A stretch of DNA of 64,000 nt from Candidatus Bathyarchaeia archaeon (GTDB lineage: Archaea; Thermoproteota; Bathyarchaeia; Bathyarchaeales; DTEX01), in NCBI GenBank assembly GCA_038817885.1, contig JAWAZE010000001.1, forward strand, positions 86,126 to 150,125. Reading direction: 5' to 3'. Each line of letters opens with the position of its first letter. Position 1 is the first letter of the stretch. The position numbers and the translations under genes are program-made. This document shows positions 1 through 9,311 of this stretch, piece by piece. Under the pieces are notes generated by a model. The model was given only the letters and a program-made list of their open reading frames with translations, had not been told where the DNA came from and made no database searches.

Positions 1-774
1 GCATTATATGAGATAAGCAAAGCTGAAGTGGGCACAGCAGTATTTAAGCTTTTTAACTGGCCGATAATTGTGGAGGGATGCTACACCGTGGAAGAAGCAT
101 GGGAGAAAATTGCCAGCGGCCTCCTCCAAAAAGAGACGTCTCGTGTGATCACGATCTTTATTGAAGCTTGTTGCCGTGAAGATCTAGAATATCAAGAAAA
201 GGTTGTGAGAGAGATCATAGCTGAGTATGGAGGAAAGGAAGCGCCTAGAGAATTTTATGATGAAGGATGGCCGGGACTAAAATGTATTCAAGTTGACTGT
301 AGCACAATAAGCATACTATTAGGTATATCCAGTATACACGTTCAAAAATTTGGAGGCTTCGTAAGCGCTGGTTGTGGAGTGGATTCAATTGATACAATGG
401 TAAAATGGGGAATGGCTATACCTGAAATAAGGAAAGAATATGTGGAAAAAGGTCTTATCACAGATACCTTAGACAGTTATTGGATCGTGCCTACGGAATA
501 TGGGCACATGGCATGCACTGAAAACCTCATTTTAGGTGATCCAACGATCCCAGAGTCTAGGGCGGCGATGTTTGAATATGCAGAACGAATAAAGAAGAGA
601 AACTTGAACGAAAAATTCCCGGATACAATGTTCCGCTTTGGAGCATATAACGGACAAGAAGTTAAAAACCTTGGGCCATTATACAGTAATTTTCATTTAT
701 GGCAGATAAAGATAAAGAAGGCTCTAGACCCTAACTTAGTGGCTAATCCTAAGTTCATGATACCGGAAGAGTGA
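1..774 (+). CDS. FAD-linked oxidase/oxidoreductase (VAO/GlcD family), C-terminal part, 5'-truncated by window edge
   Basis: Frame open from base 1; ends in family signature IKKALDPNLVANP; followed by a paralogue. Confidence 0.75.
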   Translation, partial: ALYEISKAEVGTAVFKLFNWPIIVEGCYTVEEAWEKIASGLLQKETSRVITIFIEACCREDLEYQEKVVREIIAEYGGKEAPREFYDEGWPGLKCIQVDCSTISILLGISSIHVQKFGGFVSAGCGVDSIDTMVKWGMAIPEIRKEYVEKGLITDTLDSYWIVPTEYGHMACTENLILGDPTIPESRAAMFEYAERIKKRNLNEKFPDTMFRFGAYNGQEVKNLGPLYSNFHLWQIKIKKALDPNLVANPKFMIPEE

Positions 775-787
775 GGAGGTGAATTTT

Positions 788-2278
788 ATGGTAATTGAAC
801 CTCAAAATGTAATTGAAAAATTAAGCGAAATTGTAGGAGCTGAAAATGTTTCATGTGACACCAAGCTCCTTGATGAGTTCACGAAAGATCATAGCTTCAT
901 GAAGCCTCAAAGACCTTTATGTGTTGTTTTTCCAAAAGATAAAGAAGATGTTAAAAAGATAGTCCGCTTTGCCAACGAGTATAAAATCCCGCTTATACCT
1001 GTCAGTTCCGGAGCACCTCACTTTCGCGGGGACACTATTCCAAAAGAGGGAGGAATAATTGTAAATTTGAGCAGGATGAAGAAAATCTTGAAGATTGATG
1101 CAAGAAATCGTGCTGTAATGATCGAACCGGGCGTAACTTTTGGCGAGCTTATTCCAGAACTGGAGAAACATGGCTTAAAGCTAAACATGCCGTTGCTTCC
1201 TCGTGCCACAAAATCAGTTGTTACATGCTATTTGGAGAGGGAGCCCCCGCTCATGCCTAAATATCAGTTTGACTATGTAGATCCACTGCTTACGATGGAA
1301 GTTATTTTTGGTACAGGTGACGAGTTTAGAACTGGCACGGCATCTGGTCCGGGGCTACCGGGGGAAATGAAGAGTGACATGGTTAATCCTTTCGGACCTG
1401 GAGATATAAAGTATTTTAAGCTTTTATCTGGGTCTCATGGAGCATTCGGCATAGTTACCTGGGCTATGGTGAAAGCTGAAACGGCGCCTAAATTACAAAA
1501 ATTGTACTTTGTACCATTTGAAAGGGGCGAAGATGTAATAGAGCCGATAAATAGGCTTTTAAAATATGGAGTTATGGGAAGCGTTGCCGATGAAATCTTA
1601 GCATTAAATAATTTTAACCTAGCAGTTATTCTCGCGGAGAAATGGCCTGAGGATTTTGAAGTTTTAAGGAAAAAGTTGCCGCCATGGACTTTAATCATAT
1701 GTATAGGTGGTTATCGAAGAGCGGAAGAGCGGATAAAAGTCCAAGAAAAATGTTTAATGGAGATAGCACAAGAATTAGCTTTTGATCCGTCCATTTCATT
1801 ACCTGGGGCTCCTGGAAAGGAAAAGTCGATGCGTGATCTTCTCCATAAACCTTGGGACAAAGAACCATACTGGAAGTTGAGATATAAGGGCTCGTGCTGC
1901 GAGGTATTTTTCTTAGCGCCACCAAGTAAAGCTGCTCTCTTTATTCCAAAGGTATATGAAATCGCAGCTAAGAACGGGTATTCCACAGCTGATATTGGCG
2001 GGTATATCCAGCCGATTGCGCAGGGTCATGCTTATCATATGGAATTTGACTTTCCGTATAACCCGTCAGATCCAAAAGAAACAGAGATCACTCAGAAAGT
2101 TTACATGGAACTCAGTGAAACCCTAATGAACATGGGAGCTTTCTTCAGCAGAGTATATGGCTATTGGGCCGACCTTGTTTACGAAAGATACTCGGTAGGT
2201 GTAGAGATTCTAAAGAAAATTAAGCAAATATTCGATCCTAACAACATCTTGAATCCTGGAGCATTATCCGTCATCTAG
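788..2278 (+). CDS. FAD-binding oxidoreductase (GlcD/VAO/PCMH-like)
   Basis: FAD_binding_4 motifs (P..VVFP, IIVNLSRMKKI, IEPGVTF) and C-terminal KQIFDPNNILNPG; GGAGGTG SD before ATG 788. Confidence 0.85.
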   Translation: MVIEPQNVIEKLSEIVGAENVSCDTKLLDEFTKDHSFMKPQRPLCVVFPKDKEDVKKIVRFANEYKIPLIPVSSGAPHFRGDTIPKEGGIIVNLSRMKKILKIDARNRAVMIEPGVTFGELIPELEKHGLKLNMPLLPRATKSVVTCYLEREPPLMPKYQFDYVDPLLTMEVIFGTGDEFRTGTASGPGLPGEMKSDMVNPFGPGDIKYFKLLSGSHGAFGIVTWAMVKAETAPKLQKLYFVPFERGEDVIEPINRLLKYGVMGSVADEILALNNFNLAVILAEKWPEDFEVLRKKLPPWTLIICIGGYRRAEERIKVQEKCLMEIAQELAFDPSISLPGAPGKEKSMRDLLHKPWDKEPYWKLRYKGSCCEVFFLAPPSKAALFIPKVYEIAAKNGYSTADIGGYIQPIAQGHAYHMEFDFPYNPSDPKETEITQKVYMELSETLMNMGAFFSRVYGYWADLVYERYSVGVEILKKIKQIFDPNNILNPGALSVI

Positions 2279-2290
2279 GAGGGGAATGTT

Positions 2291-3544
2291 ATGGGTCTAG
2301 AAAAATATAAACGTGATATGATGTGCTGCACCAGATGCGCGTCATGTAAAGTAATACAAAGTCAAAAAGCAAAGAGCTGGAAATATAACAGGCCATGCCC
2401 AATACACAAAAGATATGGGTTCGACGCTTACTCTGCACAGGGATTTATGGAAATTGGAAAACTCATTTTAGATGGGAAACTAAGTTTTGAAGGAAAGCTA
2501 CCGCATATTCTGTATTCATGTATTCTTTGTGGCTTCTGTGACTATGCATGTAAATGGACACATGCGAACGCAGAGATTCTTGACATAATACTTGAGCTTA
2601 GAGCCAAATCTGTTGAGGATGGAAAGGGACCTATGCCTCAGCATAAAGTAATAGCTGAAAATATTGCTAAATACCACAATGTTTACGGCAGACCCAATGA
2701 AGAGAGGTTTAACTGGATACCTAGCGAGACAAAACCAGCTGAAAAGGCCGATATAGTTTACTTTGCCGGCTGTACAACCTCATACTTAAAGCCCCAAATA
2801 GCACAGGCAACAACAAAAATATTGAAAGCGGCTGGAATCGACTTTATGACACTTGGCTCAGAAGAATACTGTTGTGGAGCCATTTTATGGCAGACAGGTC
2901 AAAGAGAAAGAGCAAAGGAGTTAATGCAACATAACGTCAATGTTATTAAAAGAACTGGTGCAAAAACCTTGTTGGTTAGCTGCGCCCATTGTTATGGAAC
3001 CTTTAAGAGAGAGTATCCTAAGGTTGTTGGAACATTAGACTTCGAAGTGCTTCATATAAGCGAGCTTATGAAGAACCTTATAGATGAAGGAAAACTAAAG
3101 CTAACTAAGAGAATTGATCTGAGAGTAACGTATCATGATCCATGCTGGCTTGGGAGACTTGGAGAAACCTATATTCATTGGGAAGGAGAAATCGGATTTC
3201 TGGGCATTACAAAGCCACTAAAAAAATGGCTCTTCGGATCAAGAGGCGTGTATGATCCTCCAAGAGAAGTGCTAAAAGCTATACCGGGTGTAGAGCTAGT
3301 CGAAATGGAAAGAAACCGGGAGATTGCATGGTGTTGTGGGGCGGGTGGAGGCGTTAAAGAGGCTTTTCCAGATTTAGCCTTATGGACGGCGAAAGAGAGG
3401 TTAGAAGAGGCAAAAGATACAGCGGCTGAAGCAATAGTCTCATGCTGTCCACATTGTGCCATAAACTTTGAGAAGGCGATAATGGAGAGCAAAGAAAGCA
3501 TAAAATACTATGACTTAACAGAGCTGGCACTTAAAGCACTTTAA
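2291..3544 (+). CDS. Fe-S oxidoreductase with CCG domains (GlpC/HdrD-like)
   Basis: CxxCxxC ferredoxin motifs, FAGC, YCCG, YHDPCWLGR, WCCGAGGG, SCCPHC. Confidence 0.88.
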   Translation: MGLEKYKRDMMCCTRCASCKVIQSQKAKSWKYNRPCPIHKRYGFDAYSAQGFMEIGKLILDGKLSFEGKLPHILYSCILCGFCDYACKWTHANAEILDIILELRAKSVEDGKGPMPQHKVIAENIAKYHNVYGRPNEERFNWIPSETKPAEKADIVYFAGCTTSYLKPQIAQATTKILKAAGIDFMTLGSEEYCCGAILWQTGQRERAKELMQHNVNVIKRTGAKTLLVSCAHCYGTFKREYPKVVGTLDFEVLHISELMKNLIDEGKLKLTKRIDLRVTYHDPCWLGRLGETYIHWEGEIGFLGITKPLKKWLFGSRGVYDPPREVLKAIPGVELVEMERNREIAWCCGAGGGVKEAFPDLALWTAKERLEEAKDTAAEAIVSCCPHCAINFEKAIMESKESIKYYDLTELALKAL

Positions 3545-3547
3545 CAA

Positions 3548-3570
3548 ATTTCTTTACTCTTTTCTTTTTA
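3548..3570 (+). terminator. T-rich archaeal terminator candidate
   Basis: Oligo-T tract (tttctttactcttttctttt) right after the operon stop. Confidence 0.4.
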
Positions 3571-3898
3571 TGCTTCCATTGGATTAATAGTTACGTCCGG
3601 TGGATATATGGTTTATTTTCAACAGTACTGTTTTTACGGTCAACTCTATCATTCTTTATCATTTACTCATCTCTACTATGCTGTTCCTCCTGTGCCGGAG
3701 ATCCGTCTTCCGAAACCTTATAGTCCGGAACTTACAGGCATAAGTATGTTAAAGTTTTATTGGTCCACTCCGCGAATCCTTTTTTATCACTACTCGAAGG
3801 CGTAGCACACTTCTAGATCTAATATTTGGAATAAAGCTAACGCCCTTATAGTAATGCCTAGTATTTCTGGAAAATAAAACATCTTCTGACCTAGGTTC

Positions 3899-4594
3899 TT
3901 ATGGTTTTATGATGTTTTTGTGATAATTGCTATATAAGGCGATTACAGGGTTATGTCCAAGAAGGCGGTCTTTAACTATTAGGGTTGTTACTGGAGCTCT
4001 TGAATGCATCGTGAAGAGTATATCATGCCCAATGCATAAGCCAACAATTACATTTAGATCCGTTCTAGCCTCATTTAATATCTGGGCTTGGGCTATGGGG
4101 TTGCACGCCGCCTCATATCTGCTTGGATCCCCAATCTTATATTCGCGTGGCACAGATAGGCTTGTTTTATCAATAGCCCCGCATTTACATCTAACTGAAA
4201 GCACGGTAAATCCAGATTCCTCAAGAACCGCTACCACTCTCGCTGCCTCATCATTAAGCCCGGTGCAGAAAGCTACGCCAAGCTTTTTAGCATCAATAAT
4301 TTTACAGAACTCTATAAGCTCCCTTATCCTAGGATAAACTGGCATCAGTCTTCCCCCAACAACTTCATAGGCTCTTTTTTCTACTATTGACGAGGCTAGA
4401 TACATCTTCCTCATGTACTCATCGCCGTATATAGCCTGCGCAGACCTAATTATTTGCTCCGCATTCCTCATTGGGCAGAAGTTTGGAAGTAGTTTTTTGT
4501 TAATCTCTTCCATTGAAGAAGATACGCAATAAACTGTTTCACACTTCGCACACTGGGGGTAAATATCCAAGAGTATTCCCCCATTTCCATGCAC
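3899..4594 (-). CDS. DUF1847 family metal-binding protein
   Basis: GVAFCTGL, VRCKCG, ACNPIAQA, GLCIGHD, VKDR..GHNP motifs. Confidence 0.85.
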   Translation of the reverse strand: MHGNGGILLDIYPQCAKCETVYCVSSSMEEINKKLLPNFCPMRNAEQIIRSAQAIYGDEYMRKMYLASSIVEKRAYEVVGGRLMPVYPRIRELIEFCKIIDAKKLGVAFCTGLNDEAARVVAVLEESGFTVLSVRCKCGAIDKTSLSVPREYKIGDPSRYEAACNPIAQAQILNEARTDLNVIVGLCIGHDILFTMHSRAPVTTLIVKDRLLGHNPVIALYSNYHKNIIKP

Positions 4595-4620
4595 AAAGTG
4601 TTGAAGGTTTATTGAGATAT

Positions 4621-5325
4621 TTATTGGTTTAGTAAATGCTGCGCCAGAATCATCGCGTGATCTTTATCATATGGCTCTAGGTGAACCACCTGGTGTATTT
4701 GGAACCCATTCTTCTCTAAAATATCTATTTCCCTCTTATAGACTTCGCTCGGCTCCTTTGTAACATCTATACTCCTAGCCTTTATAGCAAGCATTATCCA
4801 TCCGCCCTTCTTAAGGAAAATCTTCGCATTATCTGCCAATATCTGAGCCTGCTCTGGCTGCGCTATATCACAGTAAATCATATCGACATTCTCAATAAAA
4901 TGAGCATATTTCTCCGGGAGCCTAGCATCAGCCAATATCGGTGACATATTAGGTCTATACCTGCAGACGTTGTTTATAAGTTCCTTTAAGGGTCTTGGAG
5001 CAAACTCTATGCAATAGACATGTCCCTCCTCGCCAACTATATCTGAAACATGGCTTGCAGTAGTCCCTGAGGCAGCCCCCAAATATAGAACCTTATAACC
5101 GGGCTTTATTGGGAGCATCTTTAACCCCTTAAGTATTGCCGCGGCAATCTTACTTCTGTAGGGGTCCCAGAGCCTATACTCGGCATCCTTATACTTTATT
5201 AGGCGCTCGCCATAAACATCCCTTCCCGGAGCGAGGTTCTTTGAGACTATCCTCTTACTTCCATCTTCAAGAGTAACTTGGTATACACCATCAAATTTCG
5301 GCATTGGCTCAACCTTAACGCCCAT
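4621..5325 (-). CDS. flpA: Fibrillarin-like rRNA/tRNA 2'-O-methyltransferase
   Basis: EYRLWDPYRSK, VLYLGAASGTTASHVSD, KARSIDVT, LEPYDKDH. Confidence 0.97.
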   Translation of the reverse strand: MGVKVEPMPKFDGVYQVTLEDGSKRIVSKNLAPGRDVYGERLIKYKDAEYRLWDPYRSKIAAAILKGLKMLPIKPGYKVLYLGAASGTTASHVSDIVGEEGHVYCIEFAPRPLKELINNVCRYRPNMSPILADARLPEKYAHFIENVDMIYCDIAQPEQAQILADNAKIFLKKGGWIMLAIKARSIDVTKEPSEVYKREIDILEKNGFQIHQVVHLEPYDKDHAMILAQHLLNQ

Positions 5326-5343
5326 AAAATATCACCCTAGAGA

Positions 5344-6567
5344 CTACTTCTTACCTTTACCTTTAGCTCTCTTAGCAACCTTTTTTGCTGTTTTCTTAAC
5401 CTTAGGCGGCACAGGATACTTCTCCTCAATCTCCCTAACCCTCTCCATCAACTCCTCCTTAAGCTTATCTCCCATATAGTTGCCAGTAAACGCATCAGTC
5501 CTAGCAGCTATAGAGAGTTTCCCAGCAAGAGCCCTAGCGATCTTACCCCTAAGCCACTTCTTAGCCTTAAATATTAAAGAGTGCTGGAAAATAACTCCAT
5601 GCTTTGGGGGTTTGCTGCCAGTTCTAAGGGACCTGAAGAGAGCCTTCTCAGCCCCCAGAACTTGAACAGTGCTGGCGGGAAGCTTAGCGAGGTTCTCTAA
5701 TCCTCCTGCGAGGGCTATTAGTCTAGCGCCGAGGGATGGGCCGGCCAAAGCCTTAAGGTTTGGGGCAACTTCATCCATGAGCTCATCAACATACTTTTCT
5801 ATGCTAGATCTGATCTCATATAGCTGCATTGCTTGCTTCGAGAGTCTTCTTAATTGCTCTATATCCCTGTCTTCAAGATCTGCACCCATCGAGGATTTGG
5901 CAGCCTCAATTATCTGTGCTATCTTGCTTTTTGGGAAACCCTCCTTCTCAAGCCTCTCGGGGGTAAAGTTTTCCCTTCGCCCAAGGAGATATACGAGTCT
6001 AACAAACGTTTCATGTCTATCCACTAGGCGGCTCAGCTCCGGAAAGTGTATTCCATACCACTCACGCATGCGACTTGCAAATAAATTTAATGTCTGATCT
6101 AAGTCGTCGAGTGCATGAACCGCTTGGATCACTAGAAGATCTCTCTTTTCAGTAGCCCTCTTTATCTTTAGCTTCGATAGCTCAATAGCTACCTCACGTA
6201 TCCACTTAGCTACTTCGTTGGGCTCCTTAAGAAAGCCGACTTCAACGCCAATCTTACCAATATTCTCCCGCAGCCTTTCGGTAAAGCTGGTCAGAGATCT
6301 GGTCTCGGCATTTACCTTAAACTCCCCTCTAACTAAATCTGTCAGACCAGGATTTTCAAATATCAACGTATAACTCTGTCCCCTCAATCTCTCTACGAGT
6401 CTCCTTACTTCAGGTATAATTCTTCCTTGCTCTAAGGCAAATAATTTCTCAGCGACCTTAACAGCATCTTTCTCGAAAACTTCCTTATCAATTATATTTC
6501 CCTCTTCATCAATAACTAAAACTCCTACAATACTTGGCACAACAGCAGCCTTCAAGACGCCCACCAA
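5344..6567 (-). CDS. nop5: C/D box RNP protein Nop5 (Nop56/58)
   Basis: REWYGIHFPEL, PASTVQVLGAEKALF, PKHGVIFQ, Lys-rich tail; upstream of fibrillarin. Confidence 0.96.
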   Translation of the reverse strand: MVGVLKAAVVPSIVGVLVIDEEGNIIDKEVFEKDAVKVAEKLFALEQGRIIPEVRRLVERLRGQSYTLIFENPGLTDLVRGEFKVNAETRSLTSFTERLRENIGKIGVEVGFLKEPNEVAKWIREVAIELSKLKIKRATEKRDLLVIQAVHALDDLDQTLNLFASRMREWYGIHFPELSRLVDRHETFVRLVYLLGRRENFTPERLEKEGFPKSKIAQIIEAAKSSMGADLEDRDIEQLRRLSKQAMQLYEIRSSIEKYVDELMDEVAPNLKALAGPSLGARLIALAGGLENLAKLPASTVQVLGAEKALFRSLRTGSKPPKHGVIFQHSLIFKAKKWLRGKIARALAGKLSIAARTDAFTGNYMGDKLKEELMERVREIEEKYPVPPKVKKTAKKVAKRAKGKGKK

Positions 6568-6638
6568 GCCTCACCTTATAAAATATGTGAGCAAGTATAT
6601 GTATTTACTGGAGCATTACATTTCGTGGGAGAGATTAA

Positions 6639-7568
6639 ATGAGAGGGCCCGTTAACTCTGTTAATTTAAGCGTGCGCATAGCTGGGCTCTTCATGCCAAA
6701 CCCAACTATGCTCGCCTCTGGGATACTTGGGATGTCTGCTGAGACTTTAAGGAGGGTTGCCGATGCTGGTGTGGGGGCGGTTGTAACAAAGTCGGTTGGA
6801 TTAAAATCTAGAAGTGGGTATCCGAATCCCACAGTAATACAGGTCGAGTGCGGCCTCTTAAACGCCGTTGGGCTCCCAAACCCGGGGATCCAAAAATTCG
6901 CTGAGGAGATAAAGATGCTGAGTGATCTAAGCGTTCCAGTCATAGTCAGCATATTTGGGTTCTCGCCGGAAGAGTACGCTGAGGTTGCTGGAGTTGCTGT
7001 AGATGCTGGTGCAAGCGCCGTGGAACTCAACTTATCATGCCCACATGTTAAGGGAACTGGTTCTGAAATTGGTCAGAATCCAAAGATGGTTAAGTTAACT
7101 GTAAAGGCGGTTAAGGGAAGCGTTAATAGACCAGTCTTCGCCAAACTAACACCTAACACCGCAGATATAGCAAGGCTGGCTGAAGCGGCCGCTTCAGCCG
7201 GAGCGGATGCTATCACGGCAATAAATACTGTTAGGGCCATGGCGATAGATATTGAGTCTTTTAAGCCGATACTTGCCAATAAAATTGGTGGTCTCTCTGG
7301 ACCCGCAATAAAACCAGTGGCCGTTAGATGCGTCTATGAGATTTATGAGACAGTTAATGTGCCGATAATTGGTTGCGGTGGTATAAGAAGCTGGATGGAT
7401 GCTGTGGAATTTATGCTCGCCGGTGCAAGCGCCGTACAAGTGGGTTCAGCTATAGCTTTCGAGGGACTCTCGGTATTCAAGTCCATTTGTATGGGCCTAA
7501 ATGAGTATCTCATGAAAAAAGGGTTTAAGAGGGTAGGTGAGATAGTTGGTTTGGCTCACAAAAAATAA
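6639..7568 (+). CDS. pyrD: Dihydroorotate dehydrogenase B, catalytic subunit
   Basis: LASG, NAVGLPNPG, ELNLSCPH, KLTPN, GGLSGPAIKP. Confidence 0.95.
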   Translation: MRGPVNSVNLSVRIAGLFMPNPTMLASGILGMSAETLRRVADAGVGAVVTKSVGLKSRSGYPNPTVIQVECGLLNAVGLPNPGIQKFAEEIKMLSDLSVPVIVSIFGFSPEEYAEVAGVAVDAGASAVELNLSCPHVKGTGSEIGQNPKMVKLTVKAVKGSVNRPVFAKLTPNTADIARLAEAAASAGADAITAINTVRAMAIDIESFKPILANKIGGLSGPAIKPVAVRCVYEIYETVNVPIIGCGGIRSWMDAVEFMLAGASAVQVGSAIAFEGLSVFKSICMGLNEYLMKKGFKRVGEIVGLAHKK

Positions 7569-8370
7569 TATGCTACGCGTTGTTCGAATATTGGATGTTA
7601 AGTCTGAGAACCCAAATGCTAAAACCCTGTTCTTTAAAGATGAGTTATGCGCGCTGGCTGAGCCAGGCCAGTTTATAATGGTTTGGATACCAGGTGTGGA
7701 TGAAATACCGCTTAGCATATCATCCGTATATTCAGATGGCTCTTCCTCAGTAACCGTCGCTGAGGTCGGCGAGGCTACTAAGGCCCTTATAAGCATGAAG
7801 CCAGGCGATTTAATCGGAGTTAGGGGGCCATTCGGCAAGGGCTTTAAAATTATTGGCGAAAGAGCCCTCGTCGTTGGCGGTGGAACCGGAATGGCCCCGC
7901 TTATGTTACTCATAGATAGGCTTATTGAAAGAAATATTGAGACATTTATTATTAATGGGGCTGAAAACAGAAATAAAATAATCTTTCTGGAGAGACTTGA
8001 AAACCTATTAAAAACCGGTAAGATTAACATATATTTTACTACCGAGGATGGGAGCTACGGGTTTAAGGGGCTGGTAACAGACATTGTTGAGAAGATCCTC
8101 GAGTCAAAAAAGTTCGATATAATATATGCCTGTGGGCCGGAAAGGATGATTAAAAGGATTTATCATATAGCAAAGTCCCGATCAATACACCTGCAAGCAA
8201 GCCTAGAGCGATATGTGAGGTGCGCCATGGGGATCTGCGGGAGCTGCGTAATAGGCAAATATAGGGTGTGTAAAGATGGACCCGTCTTCGCCATAGAAGA
8301 TCTAATGGAGGTTGAGGATCACCTTGGTCTCTTTAAGTATAATGAGGTGGGGGAAAAGGTTCCGGTTTAA
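7546..8370 (+). CDS. pyrK: Dihydroorotate dehydrogenase electron transfer subunit
   Basis: PGQFIMVW, GPFGKGF, GGGTGMAP, CAMGICGSC, CKDGPVF; true start may be ATG 7570. Confidence 0.93.
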   Translation: MVWLTKNNMLRVVRILDVKSENPNAKTLFFKDELCALAEPGQFIMVWIPGVDEIPLSISSVYSDGSSSVTVAEVGEATKALISMKPGDLIGVRGPFGKGFKIIGERALVVGGGTGMAPLMLLIDRLIERNIETFIINGAENRNKIIFLERLENLLKTGKINIYFTTEDGSYGFKGLVTDIVEKILESKKFDIIYACGPERMIKRIYHIAKSRSIHLQASLERYVRCAMGICGSCVIGKYRVCKDGPVFAIEDLMEVEDHLGLFKYNEVGEKVPV

Positions 8371-9266
8371 AGTTCATTAGATTCTTCCTCAGACACCTTC
8401 TCTTCCCTTCCTTTCTGCAGTAAATCTTCAATTCTCCGTAATATCGGCGCCTCCTTCATTTCAAGTACCTTGCTGCCTATCATGCCCCGCACCCTCTTCG
8501 GATCCGGCACCCCATAGAGACTAAAATATGTTGCGGCTCTAGGTCTACTCACACCTCTCTTCCCGCCAAAAGTAACTCCTACTGAACCACCTTTTACAGC
8601 GGTCCCGGCGGAGATTGCCGCTAGAGATGCATCCTCCCCCAGCCCAAAACCTGACTCAGATACTGGTATAATTGTGCCGTAATTAAATATTCTGCCAAGC
8701 AGACCCTGATGCATATAAATATCTGCTATCTTATCATACGTCACCTCTCGAACCTCCTTTCCAATGAACTTCTTCACGGCGATGATCCTATAGTTTGTCA
8801 GAAAGAACTTATGTCCACGTCGATAAGCGTCCACTAGAATTAACCCCAATATTGCGGAGAAAATTAGTACAGCGGATTTCGTAAGAGACCCCGGATATAA
8901 GTAAACTTCTAGTAGGGTCCCAGAGACGCTTATCAGGATCATATAGAGCAGCGGCATCTTGCTAACCCATAAGATGCCTATCAAGAGACCGCTAAACACA
9001 AGAACCGCCCAGAAGATTACCAAGAAGACTAATTCCTCGGGGCTTAATCCTGGAATTATGCTGAAGAGTGTATTTAGGATCCACGAGACGCCTGGATTTA
9101 GCCATACATTATAGTGAAGCCATTGATAAAGCATGTGAAAGGCCACGGCCAGAAAGATCAAGTAAAAGCATACAAGGTAGTCTCTTAGGAAAGAGAGTGG
9201 GTGTGGTTTTAGAGAGGCCTCTATCTTCTCGTCTTTAAAGAGACTAAACTCTTGTGGATGAACCAT
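8367..9266 (-). CDS. Membrane protein with bacterial PH (bPH_2)-like domain
   Basis: About 4 TM segments followed by FLTNYRII...YDKIADI..QGLLGRIFNYGTI. Confidence 0.7.
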   Translation of the reverse strand: MVHPQEFSLFKDEKIEASLKPHPLSFLRDYLVCFYLIFLAVAFHMLYQWLHYNVWLNPGVSWILNTLFSIIPGLSPEELVFLVIFWAVLVFSGLLIGILWVSKMPLLYMILISVSGTLLEVYLYPGSLTKSAVLIFSAILGLILVDAYRRGHKFFLTNYRIIAVKKFIGKEVREVTYDKIADIYMHQGLLGRIFNYGTIIPVSESGFGLGEDASLAAISAGTAVKGGSVGVTFGGKRGVSRPRAATYFSLYGVPDPKRVRGMIGSKVLEMKEAPILRRIEDLLQKGREEKVSEEESNEL

Positions 9267-9311
9267 TATTTAACCCACATTAGAAAGATGAGCAGAAAAT
9301 AGAGATAAGCG

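Noticed and set aside
3608-3805. 65-aa ORF and minus-strand fragments in the 3545-3898 gap
   Set aside because: No recognisable motifs or SD; multiple stops in other frames; probably non-coding or an unidentifiable relic.
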